55,851 bases of DNA, taken from assembly GCF_001194135.2 (NCBI RefSeq), contig NC_068988.1:10685060-10740910 (forward strand), in the 5' to 3' direction. Positions 53,608 through 55,851 of the stretch are shown here, piece by piece. Both the position numbers and the translations under genes were made by a program. Within the stretch, counting starts at the first letter, position 1. Every line of letters starts with the position of its first letter. The DNA is from Octopus bimaculoides. Taxonomy: Eukaryota. The notes beneath the pieces were generated by a model. That model ran no database searches and was not told the DNA's origin. It was given only the letters and a program-made list of their open reading frames with translations.

Positions 53608-54030
53608 CAAAGTGTGTGATAATATGCAAGATAATATGCTGGAGAAATTGCAACTAGGGCCAACCAAGGATCCCCACAGATCCAGGTTTACCCTCACCAC
53701 CAAAGGTACGAGTCCTCCCTCTTGTTTTCCAAAATACAGGCACACATTTAGAGTAACATCATTCATTCTAACCATGTTCGCTACGGTCAAACACCTTTTC
53801 GGATATTCAACGGAAGGCAGCACTTCCCTTCTCACTCTCACATACGTTTCCAAGTGGCATTTAAAAAAGTCACTGAAAGCTTGACCGAAGAAGAAGGTGT
53901 CATTCCTGAATCTTACCATCTTCGTCCACCACAGTGTATCTTTAGCCATTTAGCCACATAATAGAGGGACACTGACTACTCTGTTTTGCTAAAGGTAGGT
54001 AGTGTGGCGAGCCTGAAAGTTGTATATCTG
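53608..54030 (-). pseudogene. Tx1/L1-clade ORF2 extreme C-terminus plus start of 3' UTR
   Basis: PTFSKTE*SV...AKDTLWWTK...DTFFFGQAFSDFFKCHL...VRREVL...KRCLTVANMVRMNDVTLNVCL resembles Tx1-type ORF2 ends as I recall them (inference). Confidence 0.65.
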
Positions 54031-54324
54031 TCATTAGTATAAATATCATTCATGAAATTGGCATTAACGTTGTTAATTAACGTAGCGTTGAAATTGGAAT
54101 TATAAAAAGTAGCACTTGGAAATGCATTTCTTAATTAAATTAAGCTAAATCACCTGGAGAAAACGAAATTCCCTGCTCTTCTCTTGTTGAAAATACGACT
54201 TTACCGTTAAATAATGGAATTCTCACGAAGAATTGAATTCTGTTCTTCCATTTTATTTTCAGTTCGCTCACCCACACGCACAAAACATGAAGAAAAATGC
54301 AAAATAAAAAAAGTACATTGTTTA

Positions 54325-54670
54325 TCACATCACCATCATCATCATCATCTTCATTATTATCATCATCCTCATTATTATCGTTATCGTCACCATCATCATT
54401 ATCAGTAACACCCCCACCAGCACCACTACCACCACCATTGCCAGCATCTTCAACGTAACCACCATCAACTCATCATCTTGACCGCCGCCACAGCTACAAT
54501 CACCACTACCAACAACACCATCACCATCATTATCATCTTAATCATAATCACCACAGCTGCTGCCACCACCAAAACAACCACCACCACCACCACCACCACC
54601 ACCACCACTATCACCATCATCATCATTATCGTTATGATCGTCAAAGTCATCATCATCAGCAGCATAGCCA
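54325..54670. repeat. Degenerate (CAT/CAC)n low-complexity tract
   Basis: Direct reading. Confidence 0.9.
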
Positions 54671-55443
54671 CCTTCCTGGTCGTCGCCAAGAATATAGCAA
54701 CATTTGAAACAGAATGTACAGCAATCTAATAACGAAGATGATTGTGAAGTTGATAATTCCCAATATCGATCTGTCTAACATTTCCATGGTTTCTCGCTTT
54801 CCATCAACCAATGAAATATAGTATTTATATATTTAATTCAATTTTAATACCTGACATAACATAATTACAATAAGATAATTAAATAAATAAATAATTAATA
54901 ACAAATATAGAAAACAGAATTTAATTGAAACAATTTCTATCAAAGAGTATAAAGGCGAAAAAGCAGAGAATAATCAAAGAAAAATATAGACGTCACGTAA
55001 TTAACGACGGTGAAAAATTAAACTATATGTGTATTTAAATATCGCTTAGATATGAGATGAAAGAAACATGGCAAAATGTTATATCTGATATACAGAAATA
55101 GAAGGAGGAGTAGTTATGACATATCAAAAACTACCATATAAAACTATGAATGAAATGCGTTGGATTCAATGTTTCTGTAGAGTTAGTAAAATGAATTTAA
55201 ATATGCCACTTTAAGTCTCTTAACTTTATATGACCATTGAGCTGATTTGCGTTTCAACCTTTCAAATGAGTGCTCATTAGATGAATACCAGTAATATGTA
55301 CTGATGAAGGTAATTTAATTTTCACATGAAACGTAAAGTAATTTTGAAATATTATCATAGAAGGATGAGTACGATATATTTTCAAGCAGAGAGCAATCAG
55401 AAATGAATAAGAGAATGCAAGGAGAAGCACGAGATGGAAAGAG

Positions 55444-55661
55444 ATATTCTTTTCTACTCTAGGCACCTGGCTCGAAATTATGGGGCAGTGTGCCAGTTCG
55501 TTATTCTCGATCTCAGTACGCAACTGTTACTTAATTTATCAACCCCGAAAGGATTAAAGGCAAAGTCGACCTCGGTGGAATTTGAACTCAGAACGTAAAG
55601 ACAGACGAAATATCGCTAAGCATTTCGCCCGGCGTGCTGGCGCTTCTGTCAGCTGACTGCC
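55444..55661 (-). mobile_element. SINE family I (tail B)
   Basis: CCCCGAAAGGATTAAAGGCAAAGTCGACCTCGGTGGAATTTGAACTCAGAACGTAAAGACAGACGAAATATCGCTAAGCATTTCGCCCGGCGTG. Confidence 0.92.
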
Positions 55662-55851
55662 TGTTTGAAAAAAAAATATTTCATAGAATATTAGAGAAAA
55701 ATTCTCCTTGGTAAAATAGTACGTAGTTTGTGTGGTATATGCGCAATAATTCGTGTGTATACGTTTTACGAGGTCCGTGCATGCATTAATGCGTGATTAT
55801 GTATAGGCATATAGGCATATATATATATATATGTTTATATATATATATATA

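Overview
AT-rich, microsatellite-dense eukaryotic DNA with 8 N-gaps, each bordered on one or both sides by a simple repeat (short-read scaffold). The SINE families and repeat landscape look like octopus/coleoid cephalopod DNA (inference from recognised consensus motifs, not a database hit). No protein-coding gene can be confidently called; long ORFs in the track are N-gap, microsatellite or transposon artefacts. The window is a transposon graveyard: a decayed Penelope-like element with tandem terminal repeats, several R4/Dong-clade (RLE) LINE pieces, Tx1/L1 and RTE LINE pieces, two mariner relics, a Helitron helicase relic, a probable non-autonomous Helitron-type element and about 20 SINE copies of three families. 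The most interesting structures are: a ~1.45 kb inverted-repeat block (17.2-18.6 kb) able to form dsRNA; a degenerate hammerhead ribozyme in the Penelope repeats; a nested direct-repeat/hairpin module at 40.4-40.9 kb; a fold-back junction in a Tx1 endonuclease; a SINE-derived tandem array; and two phase-compatible minus-strand exon candidates near a 30-bp direct repeat. I find no convincing evidence of a new multi-gene system. All translations and alignments were done by eye, and repeat boundaries are approximate (about +/-20 bp).
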